From Gaiellales bacterium (GTDB taxonomy: Bacteria; Actinomycetota; Thermoleophilia; Gaiellales; F1-60-MAGs149): DNA of 64,000 bases. The first letter of the stretch is position 1, and each line of letters begins with the position of its first letter. The stretch covers positions 852 to 64,851 of the forward strand of contig JBKJIG010000044.1 of assembly GCA_046598415.1 (NCBI GenBank). Reading direction: 5' to 3'. The notes beneath the pieces were generated by a model, which saw only the letters and a list, made by a program, of their open reading frames with translations, was not told where the DNA came from and did no database searches. Position numbers and translations under genes: made by a program. Positions 43,609 to 52,172 of this stretch are shown here, in pieces.

Positions 43609-44775
43609 ATGTTCCTCGCGGCGACGCGGCGGCGCAATCCCGCCCTCATCTCGGCCGCGGCGCGGCTGCATGCGGAAGGTCGCGTCCCCGCCGGCAGCTA
43701 CGTCGTCGACATCGACGCCGTCGGCGCGAACGCCCGGCTGGTGTCCGGCGCGGCGCGGCAGCTCGGCCTGGTCTGCTGGCAGATGACGAAGCAGTTCGGC
43801 CGCAACCCGCTGGTCGGGCAGGCCGTCGCGGCGAACGGGGTGGACGGCGTCGTGGCGGTCGAGATAGCCGAGGCGCGCGTCCTGCACGCGCACGGGCTGC
43901 GTATCGGGCACGTCGGCCACCTCGTGCAGGTGCCGCGGCACCAGCTGGCCGAGGCGCTCTCGTTCGCACCCGACCACCTGACGGTCTTCGGCGTCGACCA
44001 GGCCGTCGCGGTGGGTGCGGCCGCCCGCGCCGCGGGCGTCGTCCAGCAGGTGCTGCTCCGCGTCGTGAAGCCGGGCGACCGGTTCTTCGAGGCGCAGCGC
44101 GGCGGCGTCCGCCTGGACGACGCGCTGACCGCCGCCCGTGCCATCGATGCCATCGACGGCGTCGAGCTCGCCGGCGTCACGAGCTTTCCCTGCGTGGCGT
44201 GGGACGAGGAGCGCGGCGACGTCGTCGCCACGCCGAACCTGCAGACGCTCGTGTCGGCGCGCGACACGCTGCGGGACGCGGGCTTCGCGGTGCCGGTGAT
44301 GAACGCCCCGGGGGTGACCTGCGTCGCGACGCTCGACATCGTCGCGGCGGCCGGTGCGACCCACGTCGAGCCCGGCAGCGCGCTCATCGGCGAGACGCCG
44401 TGGCACGCGGCCAACGACGCGAACGAGCGCCCGGCGATGGTGTACGTCACCGAGGTGACCCACGAGCTCGACGGTCGCGTCTACACGCTCGGCGGCGGCT
44501 TCTACGCGCGCTCACGCATGCGATCGGCGCTGGTGTTCGGCGACCGCGAGCCGGTGGAGGCGTCCGTGATCGAGCTGCCCGCGGCCGAGATCGACTACTA
44601 CGGCGCGCTGCAGATGCCGGCGGGCGAGCGCGCCGCGGTCGGCGCCACGGTCGTGTACGCCTTCCGCGCCCAGGCGTTCGTCAGCCGTGCAGCGGTCGCC
44701 GTCGTCGCGGGCGTCGAGAGCAGCGACCCGCAGGTGCTCGGCGTCTTCTCCCGTGACGGCTCGACGCTCCCGTGA
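43609..44775 (+). CDS. yhfX: YhfX-like fold-type-III PLP enzyme (alanine racemase N-terminal domain family)
   Basis: ORF 43609..44775. Candidate PLP lysine in WQMTKQFGRNP. Barrel plus C-terminal beta domain. Positioned as in the E. coli yhf locus. Confidence 0.75.
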   Translation: MFLAATRRRNPALISAAARLHAEGRVPAGSYVVDIDAVGANARLVSGAARQLGLVCWQMTKQFGRNPLVGQAVAANGVDGVVAVEIAEARVLHAHGLRIGHVGHLVQVPRHQLAEALSFAPDHLTVFGVDQAVAVGAAARAAGVVQQVLLRVVKPGDRFFEAQRGGVRLDDALTAARAIDAIDGVELAGVTSFPCVAWDEERGDVVATPNLQTLVSARDTLRDAGFAVPVMNAPGVTCVATLDIVAAAGATHVEPGSALIGETPWHAANDANERPAMVYVTEVTHELDGRVYTLGGGFYARSRMRSALVFGDREPVEASVIELPAAEIDYYGALQMPAGERAAVGATVVYAFRAQAFVSRAAVAVVAGVESSDPQVLGVFSRDGSTLP

Positions 44776-44845
44776 CGACCGGATACGGTGGCGGCAGCCG
44801 GGACGGCGGATGCAGGGTCGGGCGAGCGACTCGGGGAGGAGCGAG

Positions 44846-45211
44846 ATGATCAACGTGGTCGTGACCGGCATGGGCAAGGAGCGCATCGTGCAGCTGGTGC
44901 AGGAGGCCGGCGTCGGCCTCGTCGAGGCGAAGGCGAAGACCGACTTCGAGGCGGCGTCAGCCGTCAAGAGCGGCAAGGCCGACTACTACATCGGCGCCTG
45001 TCAGAGCGGTGCCGGCGGCGCGCTCGGCGTCGCGAACGCCATCCTCGGATCGTCCGAGGTCGTGCGCCTCTCGGGCGTCGGGAAAACGGCTGATCCGGCC
45101 GATGTGCGCGCCGCGGTGGCGGCGGGCAAGCGCGCGTTCGGCATCAGCTACAGCCAGATCGACGCCGTCGTGCCGGTGCTGGTCGGCGCGATCCTGGCCC
45201 AGGCCGAGTGA
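44846..45211 (+). CDS. yhfU: DUF2620 (YhfU-like) protein
   Basis: ATG at 44846 inside ORF 44687..45211, with RBS GGGGAGGAG just upstream. The central motif ADYYIGACQSGAGGALGVANAIL matches my recollection of the YhfU/DUF2620 hallmark (DYYIGAC.tGAGaAL). Confidence 0.8.
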   Translation: MINVVVTGMGKERIVQLVQEAGVGLVEAKAKTDFEAASAVKSGKADYYIGACQSGAGGALGVANAILGSSEVVRLSGVGKTADPADVRAAVAAGKRAFGISYSQIDAVVPVLVGAILAQAE

Positions 45212-45220
45212 TCTGAGCCG

Positions 45221-46489
45221 GTGCCGGACGAGGTCGTCAAGCTGCTGGTGGTCGGTGCGCTCGGCTCGGTGTCGGCGCTGGCCGCGCACCGCAACGTCGC
45301 GATCTACCACGACGGCCTGCGCACGTCGGTCGCCGACATCACCTCGGGCCTGAAGTCGCGGCGCGAGATGGCGTCCTACGCGTACACCATCTCGATTGGC
45401 TTCGTGGTGGCGTTCGCGCTGCCGTTCGCCCTCGCCAGCGGCATCCTGATCATCCACATGATCATGCTCGGCACCGACACGATCGGCGTGTGGAGCCGAC
45501 GCTCCGCCGAGTCGCTCGCGGGCGGCTTCGTCTGGGGCGTGTTCGCGGTCGGCGCGGTCGACCTGTTCGTGAAGGGCGTCCAGCACCTGCCGCTCGAGAC
45601 CACCGGTCGCGATCTGCTGTGGACGCCGCTCGTGTACTCGCTGCCGCTGCTCGGTGCCGCGGCGGCGGCCCAGGCGCACGGGTTTCGCGCCGGCGTCATC
45701 GCCACGCTCGCGACGGCCGCCATCTGGAGCGGCGCGTATGGGGTCTGGAATGCGGCCGATCCGGGGTCGGCCACGACGTTCGGCGCCGGTCTGATCGCGT
45801 TCTGCGTGATCATCGTCGCGCTCGTCCTCGCGGCGCTGCGCGAGCGAGCCGAGGACGAGACCGACCTGGGCTTCTTCGACGACAACATCCGGCGGATCCG
45901 CGGCAACTGGGCCTACCTGTTGCCGATCGCGGCGCTGATCGCCGTCACCGCCTCGTCCGGCTGGGTCGGCGGCGAGCCCGTGCAGGTGGCGCTGATGAGC
46001 TCCGACCACCTCGAGGGGGCGGCCGTCGTCGCGGTGTTCTCGTCCATCGGCTTCGTGCCGCTGCAGGGCATGACCGGCCTGGTCAGCGGCGTGTGGAACC
46101 AGCACGGCTACCCCGACTGGTTCCTCGGCGCGGGCTACCTGACGTCCAACCGCGCGATCGCCGCCGCCGCCGGCGCGGCGCTGATGGGCGTCGAGCTGCT
46201 GACGTTGCGCCGCGTCGCGTGGCTGCTGACGGCGCGCCCCGGCATCACCACGCTCGGCAGCGCGGTGCGCGAGTCGCTCGAGCTGGTGCCGACGCTGGCG
46301 ATGCTGGCCGGTGGCGTGCTCGCCGCGACCGCGGTCGGCGGGCCGGCCGGTGCCTGCGCGGTGATCGCCGTCTACCTGCTGAACGACAAGCGCGGGCGCC
46401 CGATCATGCCCCTCGCGGCACCGGTGATCGGCTACCTGCTGGTGCTCGTGATGACGGGGCTCGCCCACGAGGCCGGAGTGTTCACATGA
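45221..46489 (+). CDS. yhfT: YhfT-like polytopic membrane protein (putative transporter)
   Basis: ORF 45221..46489. About 10-11 TM and 422 aa, directly after the yhfU homolog as in E. coli. Assignment rests mostly on size, topology and position. Confidence 0.7.
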   Translation: MPDEVVKLLVVGALGSVSALAAHRNVAIYHDGLRTSVADITSGLKSRREMASYAYTISIGFVVAFALPFALASGILIIHMIMLGTDTIGVWSRRSAESLAGGFVWGVFAVGAVDLFVKGVQHLPLETTGRDLLWTPLVYSLPLLGAAAAAQAHGFRAGVIATLATAAIWSGAYGVWNAADPGSATTFGAGLIAFCVIIVALVLAALRERAEDETDLGFFDDNIRRIRGNWAYLLPIAALIAVTASSGWVGGEPVQVALMSSDHLEGAAVVAVFSSIGFVPLQGMTGLVSGVWNQHGYPDWFLGAGYLTSNRAIAAAAGAALMGVELLTLRRVAWLLTARPGITTLGSAVRESLELVPTLAMLAGGVLAATAVGGPAGACAVIAVYLLNDKRGRPIMPLAAPVIGYLLVLVMTGLAHEAGVFT

Positions 46490-47253
46490 GCGACCCGATC
46501 GAGCAGGCGATCGACCCGTCGTCGCGGCTGCCGCTGTACGCGCAGCTGGAGCAGATCCTCGAGCAGCAGCTGACGTCGGGCGAGCTGAAGGCCGGCGACA
46601 TGCTCCCGACCGAGGCGCAGCTGTGCGCGCAGTTCGGCATCTCGCGCCCCGTCGTGCGCCAGGCGATCAGCGGCTTCGTCGCGCGCGGCCAGCTGTACCG
46701 GCTGCGCGGCAAGGGCACCTTCGTTTCGGGAGCACCGCTGGCGGAGCGGCTGCTGCGGCCCACGCTCGGCTTCTTCGACGACCTCGCGGCTGCCGGGCTG
46801 GAGGTCTCCAACGACCTCGTCGGCATCGAGATCGTGGCGGCCCAGGCCGCGCTGGCCGAGTCGCTGGCGCTCGCGCCCGGCGGCAGTTGCGTCCGCATCG
46901 AGCGACTGCGCCGCATCGACGGCGAGGTGGTCGCGTTCATGCGCTCGTTCATCCCGGAGTCGCTGCACCCGAACCTGCTGCAGCGCCTCGAGCACTGCGA
47001 CTTCACGCACGTCTCCCTGCCGCGCCTGCTGCAGCAGACGATCGGGATCCGCCCGTCCTCCGGCCACCGGTGGGTGCAGGCCGTCGTGGCCGACGCCGAG
47101 ATCGGCGGGCATCTGGGCATCGCCGTCGGCGAGGCGCTGCTCTACGTCGAGTCGATCGAGGACGACGAGCGCGGCCGGCGCATCGAGTACTCGCAGGCGT
47201 GGCACCGCGGCGATCGCACCCGGCTCGAGCTCGAGTCGTCGCGGACGGGCTAG
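46486..47253 (+). CDS. GntR/HutC-family transcriptional regulator (HTH plus UTRA)
   Basis: ATG at 46486 has an ATGA overlap with the yhfT-like stop. HTH: LPTEAQLCAQFGISRPVVRQAISGFVARGQLYRLRGKGTFV. UTRA-like C-terminal half. Confidence 0.9.
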   Translation: MSDPIEQAIDPSSRLPLYAQLEQILEQQLTSGELKAGDMLPTEAQLCAQFGISRPVVRQAISGFVARGQLYRLRGKGTFVSGAPLAERLLRPTLGFFDDLAAAGLEVSNDLVGIEIVAAQAALAESLALAPGGSCVRIERLRRIDGEVVAFMRSFIPESLHPNLLQRLEHCDFTHVSLPRLLQQTIGIRPSSGHRWVQAVVADAEIGGHLGIAVGEALLYVESIEDDERGRRIEYSQAWHRGDRTRLELESSRTG

Positions 47254-49190
47254 GCGAGCGCGGCGCCGACCGCGTCGCGGGCGGCCGCCGCCGAGCCGGC
47301 GGCCAGTGCCAGGCTGCTCAGGCGCCGGCACTCGTCCAGCGTCACGCGGCCGACCTGGGATCGCACGGCGGCGATCGATCCGGCCGCCATCGACAGCGAC
47401 GAGATGCCGAGACCGACCAGGACGACGGCGAGCGCCGGGTCGCCCGCAGCCTCGCCGCACACACCCACCGGCCGGCCGTTCTCCTCGCCTGCGCGCGCGG
47501 CCATCTCGACCAGCCGCAGCAGCGCCGGCTGCCACGGGCTCTGCAGACCGGCCAGTGCCGCGATGCCGCGGTCGGCTGCGAAGGTGTACTGCGCCAGGTC
47601 GTTCGTTCCGATACTGGCGAAGTCGACCCGTGCGAGCACGTCGCCGGCGGTCAGGGCGGCCGCGGGGATCTCGATCATGACGCCGGCCTTCGCGATCCCC
47701 GCGTCGTGAGCGGTCTCGGCGAACCAGCGCGCCTCGTCGGCGGTCGCGACCATCGGTGCCAGCGCCCAGATCTCGGCGTCGCCCGCGGCGCTGACGGCGG
47801 CGATGGCGGCAAGCTGGTCGGCGAGCACGTCGCCGGCGGCGCGGAGGGCGCGCAGGCCGCGCACGCCGAGCGCCGGGTTGTCCTCGGCCGCACTGCGCAC
47901 GTACGGCAGCGGCTTGTCGGCGCCGGCGTCGAGCAGGCGGATGACCACGCGCGTGCCGGCGAACGCCTGCGCGACCCGGCCGTAGGCGGCGATCTGCTCG
48001 TCCACCGTCGGTGCCTGGCCGCGTCCCTCGAAGCAGAACTCGGTGCGCAGCAGCCCGACGCCCTCGGCGCCCGCGACCCGCGCGGCAGCGGCACGATCGG
48101 GGCTGCCGACGTTCGCCAGGATCGCCACGCGATGGCCGTCGGCCGTGCCGCCCGGCTCGCCCGACGGCTTCGCCGTGCGCGCCCGCCGCGCGAGGATGGC
48201 CGCGAGGCGCTCCGCGTCGGGCGAGACCACGACGGTGCCCTCGGTGGCGAAGACCGCGACGTGGTGGCCGGTCTCGAGCGCGCCCGCACCGGGGCAGGCC
48301 ACCACGGCGGGGATGCCGAGCTCGCGCGCCAGGATCGCCATGTGGCCGGTCGGGCCGCCACCGACGGTCACGATTGCGAGCACCACGGCGGGGTCGAGCA
48401 GCGCGGCGTCGGCGGGCGCGAGGTCGTCGGCGACGAGGATGTACGGGTCGGTCCGGTCGGGCAGGCCGGGCAGCGGCAGGCCGAGGCAGATCGCGATCGC
48501 CCGGTCACGCACGTCCTCGATGTCGGCAACCCGCTGGGCGAGGTCTCTGCGGACATCCGCGAGCTGGTCGCGGAACGGCCGGATCGCCTCGGTCAGGGCC
48601 TCGGTCGCCGATCGGCCCGTGCGCGTGAGCCGCGCGACATCGTCGTGCAGCGCGGGATCACCGGCCATCGTCGCGCCGGCCTCGAGCACGGCCCGCCCGG
48701 CCGCCGTTGCGGTTGCTCGGCGTGCCCGGAAGTCGGTGGCGACGGCGTCCAGCGCAGCGAGCGCTCGGCGCTCGGCGACAACGGCATCGTCGGCCGGCCG
48801 GGCCGGGCGCGGTCCGGGGCGGGCGGCCATCCGCACCACGACGCCGGCGGCCGTGCCTCGCGACGCCGAGATGCCGACGAGGACACCATCGAGGGCGGCG
48901 GTGCTGGCGAACTCCTGTCCGGCGGCGTCGAGGAGCTCGAGCAGCTGGTCGAGCAGCAGCGCATCGGTTGCGGCGTCGCCGTCGGCGGGGTCAAGCAGCA
49001 GCTCGACGACCCCGCTGCCGTGAATGCCGAGCCCGAGCACGCGCAGCACGCTGCGGCCATCGACGCTCTGGCCGTCGGACTTGCCGACGCGCACCGGCCG
49101 TCCCGAGGCGACGATCGCCGCCACGAGGTCGGCAGCGGGCCGGGCATGAAGTCCTGATCCGATCGGGAGCGTGCCGCGGCGCGTGATCAC
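47250..49190 (-). CDS. ptsI: HPr-Enzyme I fusion (PEP-dependent phosphotransferase, multiphosphoryl transfer protein)
   Basis: GTG at 49190 places the HPr active His at position 15 (VITRRGTLPIGSGLHARPAADL). EI motifs: GGGPTGHMAILARELGIPAVV, GLLRTEF, GTNDLAQY, VCGEAAGDP. The listed ORF 47250..49319 has an Arg/His-rich extension that I reject. Confidence 0.9.
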   Translation of the reverse strand: MITRRGTLPIGSGLHARPAADLVAAIVASGRPVRVGKSDGQSVDGRSVLRVLGLGIHGSGVVELLLDPADGDAATDALLLDQLLELLDAAGQEFASTAALDGVLVGISASRGTAAGVVVRMAARPGPRPARPADDAVVAERRALAALDAVATDFRARRATATAAGRAVLEAGATMAGDPALHDDVARLTRTGRSATEALTEAIRPFRDQLADVRRDLAQRVADIEDVRDRAIAICLGLPLPGLPDRTDPYILVADDLAPADAALLDPAVVLAIVTVGGGPTGHMAILARELGIPAVVACPGAGALETGHHVAVFATEGTVVVSPDAERLAAILARRARTAKPSGEPGGTADGHRVAILANVGSPDRAAAARVAGAEGVGLLRTEFCFEGRGQAPTVDEQIAAYGRVAQAFAGTRVVIRLLDAGADKPLPYVRSAAEDNPALGVRGLRALRAAGDVLADQLAAIAAVSAAGDAEIWALAPMVATADEARWFAETAHDAGIAKAGVMIEIPAAALTAGDVLARVDFASIGTNDLAQYTFAADRGIAALAGLQSPWQPALLRLVEMAARAGEENGRPVGVCGEAAGDPALAVVLVGLGISSLSMAAGSIAAVRSQVGRVTLDECRRLSSLALAAGSAAAARDAVGAALA

Positions 49191-49385
49191 AGCCGAAGTA
49201 TGAGCACGGGGTTGCGATCGCAAACGCCCGGCGTGGTCCGCACCCTCCGTCGTCGTGCCGCCGCGTACCCACCGTTCCGCGTGGTGATGGCGAATGCGCC
49301 GTCCCCCTCGATGCGCCATGTCACGTCCGCCGTCACGCCGGCGGCGTCCGATGCCTCCGGGCGCATCGTCGAAGCGGCCTCGAGC

Positions 49386-49398
49386 GGGGTCAGACCCC
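49386..49398 (+). repeat. Dispersed palindromic repeat, copy D (single, degenerate)
   Basis: GGGGTCAGACCCC followed by GAGAACGCCGTTGAAGGGTGGCGGTC. This aligns with the spacer and second half-site of copies A-C but has diverged. Confidence 0.6.
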
Positions 49399-49414
49399 GA
49401 GAACGCCGTTGAAG

Positions 49415-49450
49415 GGTGGCGGTCCGCCGCGGATCCGGCAGACCGCCACC
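49415..49450. terminator. Hairpin downstream of the STAS gene and upstream of the HPr-EI gene
   Basis: Perfect 10-bp inverted repeat GGTGGCGGTC / GACCGCCACC with a 16-nt loop containing CCGCGG and GGATCC palindromes. Confidence 0.4.
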
Positions 49451-49584
49451 GTGAGAACGCGCCGCTCCCGGCACGTAGCGCAAGGCCTGTCTACCCTGGC
49501 TGCGTTGACGATAAACGTCCTGCAAATGCGGCTCTCTTGAGCCATGCCCGACGGTGTGCCCGGCGGCTCCTCGCGGACCCGTCG

Positions 49585-50100
49585 CTAGCGCGCGGAGACG
49601 CGCTCGCTCGACGGCGTGGGCTCGACCCAGCCGGACGCGGGCTCGGGCTCGGCGGGCCGCTCGCGCGGCGGCACGAGCGCGGGCGGCCGGATCGTGCGCC
49701 AGCCGTCGTTGGGCGGACGCGACGGATCACGCAGGGCGGCGAGGGCGGCACCTCGTGACGGGAACAGCGTGAAGAGCAGGTCGGCCTCGACGGCGCTCAG
49801 CATGTGTTGGACAGGCGCGCTCGCGCCGGCGATCACGACGGACGCGTTGGTGATCGGCTTGAGGCCCGCGAGGCCCCGCACGATCCCGCGGTACGAGTGG
49901 CAATCGAAGAAGGTCGTCGCGGTGAGGTCGAGGACCAGGTGGTGGTGCCCGCAGCGCACCGCGTATTCGACCGCCTCCGCCAGATTGTTGTCGGCGTAGC
50001 GATCGAGGTCGCCGCGGAGAACGATCATGGCGACGCGCCCGAACACCTCGATGGTGATGGGCCTTTCGGGCGGCATTTCGAATGGCGACGGCGCAGGCAA
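49585..50100 (-). CDS. STAS-domain protein (anti-sigma-factor antagonist-like)
   Basis: ORF 49585..50100. The segment VAMIVLRGDLDRYADNNLAEAVEYAVRCGHHHLVLDLTATTFFDCHSYRGIVRGL fits the SpoIIAA/STAS fold pattern. Pro-rich C-terminal tail. Confidence 0.8.
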   Translation of the reverse strand: MPAPSPFEMPPERPITIEVFGRVAMIVLRGDLDRYADNNLAEAVEYAVRCGHHHLVLDLTATTFFDCHSYRGIVRGLAGLKPITNASVVIAGASAPVQHMLSAVEADLLFTLFPSRGAALAALRDPSRPPNDGWRTIRPPALVPPRERPAEPEPASGWVEPTPSSERVSAR

Positions 50101-50372
50101 GGGGAAGCTCCGACGAATTCAGCAGGTTGACGCGTGCCGTCTCCCATCGCATGAAAATGGCCGGCCGTACAGGTGCGGCGGCCCGTGCCCACACAGCACT
50201 CGTCACTGTCTAGAACGTACCCAAGTTCGTCCCAGCGAAACCGGAATTCATCGATTCCTTACACATAAAATGCTGAATATTCTGATTTCTCTCAGCTCTT
50301 CCACACGGAGCTCACGACGCACTCCAACACAACCCTCTCCTGCGGCCGGAGGTCGGTGCCGATAGCTGTCGG

Positions 50373-51758
50373 ATGAAGCCGCGGACTGTTGTCCTCCTCG
50401 CAGCGCTGTCGGCGTTCGGGCCGCTGCTCGCGACGCTCGCGGCCGGCGCCCGGCCGTTCACGCTCTCCGGCACGGCGCACTGCATCGGCGTCGGCGTCGG
50501 CGCGGGCTTCGCGACGCTCGCGGCCGCCGCGGTGACGGCCGTCGGTGTGCGTCGCGGCGATGCCCGGACGGTGCTCGTCGGCGTGGCGTTCGCGGCGATG
50601 GGCGCGATCCTCGCGGTCCACGGCTTCGTCACACCAGGCGTCCTCGTCGAGAACACGAACCTCAGCCCGATCACCGGCGGCGCGACGGTGCCGGTCGGTG
50701 CGGCGGTGCTCGCGCTCGGCACCATCCCCGGCTTCGCGGTGCCGGCGCGCATCCCGCTGCTGCTGCGCGCGAGCGTGCTGATCAGCGCCGTGGTGCTCGC
50801 GGCGAGCGTCGTCGGCCTGGTCGATCCGTCGCTCGTACCGGCGGTGCCGGCCGCCCGCAGCCCTGGGGCCATCGCGCTGCTGATCATCGGTGGCGCCTGC
50901 CTGATCCTCGTCACCGTGCGCGCCGCGCGCACCTGGTTGCTCACGCGTCGAAGCGCCGATCTGGCGGTCGTGGCCGGCGTGGCGTGGCTCGGCTCCGCCC
51001 TCGTCGGCGCCACGCTGTTCCGCTACGACCAGTTCGGCTGGTGGCTGGGCCACGGGTTCGAGATCGCCGCGATCGCGCTCGTGGGCACCACGGTCGCCTT
51101 CGACCTGCGCCGCACGGCAGCGTCCCGGCCGCTGACCGGCGACCTGCCCGCGACCGCGCTGGTGCGCGACGCCGAGGCGTTCCTTGGAGCGCGGGTCAGT
51201 TCACTGCTGCTCGATCTCCAGCGTGCCGACCGGTCGACGGGTGAGCACACGCGCCGGGTGGCGCTGAACGCGGTGCTGGTCGGAGAAGCCCTCGGCCTGA
51301 GCCGCGGGCGTCTGCGCGGTCTCGCGCTCGGCGGGATGCTCCACGACATCGGCAAGCTCGGCGTCCCGGTCGCGATCCTGCAGAAGCCGGGCGCGCTCGA
51401 CCCGGCCGAGCGCGCCGCGATCGAGCGGCACCCGGCGCTCGGCTCCGCGATGCTCGATCAGCTCGGCGGCTTTGGGCGGGAGGTGCGATCGCTGGTCCTC
51501 GACCACCACGAGCGGCCCGATGGACGCGGCTACCCGCGCGGCCTGGCAGGAGATGAGCTCCCCCTCGACGCACGCATCCTCGCGGTCTGCGACGTGTTCG
51601 ACGCGCTGGTGTCGGCGCGCCCGTACCGCGAGGCGTGGCCCGCCGAACGCGCGCTGGCCACGCTCGCCGAAGGCGCCGGAACGCAGTTCGACGCGCGCTG
51701 CGTGCAGGCGCTGACCGACGTCGTGCGGACGGTCGCGCCGCTCAGCGAGGCCGCCTGA
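50373..51758 (+). CDS. Membrane-bound HD-GYP phosphodiesterase (8-TM sensor domain plus HD-GYP)
   Basis: ORF 50373..51758. About 8 N-terminal TM segments. HD motif GGMLHDIGK. HD-GYP motif HHERPDGRGYPRGL. Confidence 0.9.
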   Translation: MKPRTVVLLAALSAFGPLLATLAAGARPFTLSGTAHCIGVGVGAGFATLAAAAVTAVGVRRGDARTVLVGVAFAAMGAILAVHGFVTPGVLVENTNLSPITGGATVPVGAAVLALGTIPGFAVPARIPLLLRASVLISAVVLAASVVGLVDPSLVPAVPAARSPGAIALLIIGGACLILVTVRAARTWLLTRRSADLAVVAGVAWLGSALVGATLFRYDQFGWWLGHGFEIAAIALVGTTVAFDLRRTAASRPLTGDLPATALVRDAEAFLGARVSSLLLDLQRADRSTGEHTRRVALNAVLVGEALGLSRGRLRGLALGGMLHDIGKLGVPVAILQKPGALDPAERAAIERHPALGSAMLDQLGGFGREVRSLVLDHHERPDGRGYPRGLAGDELPLDARILAVCDVFDALVSARPYREAWPAERALATLAEGAGTQFDARCVQALTDVVRTVAPLSEAA

Positions 51759-51864
51759 GTCCCATCGCGAAGGGGAGCGACGCCACCGTCGTTTGGCTCA
51801 TCCTGCTGGCCCATCGCACTGCTCCTTTGAGAGGGTGTGCTGGCGATATCCGGGCCAGCCGCGT

Positions 51865-52107
51865 TCAGACCGCCTCGGAGACCACGGCGGACGTGCCCTC
51901 GGTCATCGTCGGCTCGGCCGTGTCCTGCACCCAGGCGACGACCTCCGCGTCGCCGCCGTAGAACAGCAGTGAGTGCTTCGCGCAGACCCAGGCGATCCGG
52001 GGATGATCGTCGGTGTCGTACGAGTGCAGGGCCATCGGCGTCGCGCGGCTGAGCCGCCGGCAGCCCGGGAACTGGCAGAAGTGGGGCGGGGTGAGCGAGA
52101 ACCTCAT
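51865..52107 (-). CDS. Small hypothetical protein (80 aa, Cys/His-containing)
   Basis: ATG at 52107 inside ORF 51865..52815: MRFSLTPPHFCQFPGCRRLS...HPRIAWVCAKHSLLFYGG. This is the only non-artefactual part of that ORF. Possible small metal-binding protein. Confidence 0.45.
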   Translation of the reverse strand: MRFSLTPPHFCQFPGCRRLSRATPMALHSYDTDDHPRIAWVCAKHSLLFYGGDAEVVAWVQDTAEPTMTEGTSAVVSEAV

Positions 52108-52172
52108 GGCAACGTGGGCGTTCCCGCCGGGGATTCGCTTCAAACGCGACCCGGTGCGCGAGAATCCGTTGC

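Noticed and set aside
49187-49525. Full 112-aa version of the ORF upstream of HPr-EI.
   Set aside because: Its N-terminal half is simply the translation of repeat copy D and the adjacent hairpin (..RSRGLTPLEAAS..). Only the last 59 codons are reported, as a low-confidence finding.
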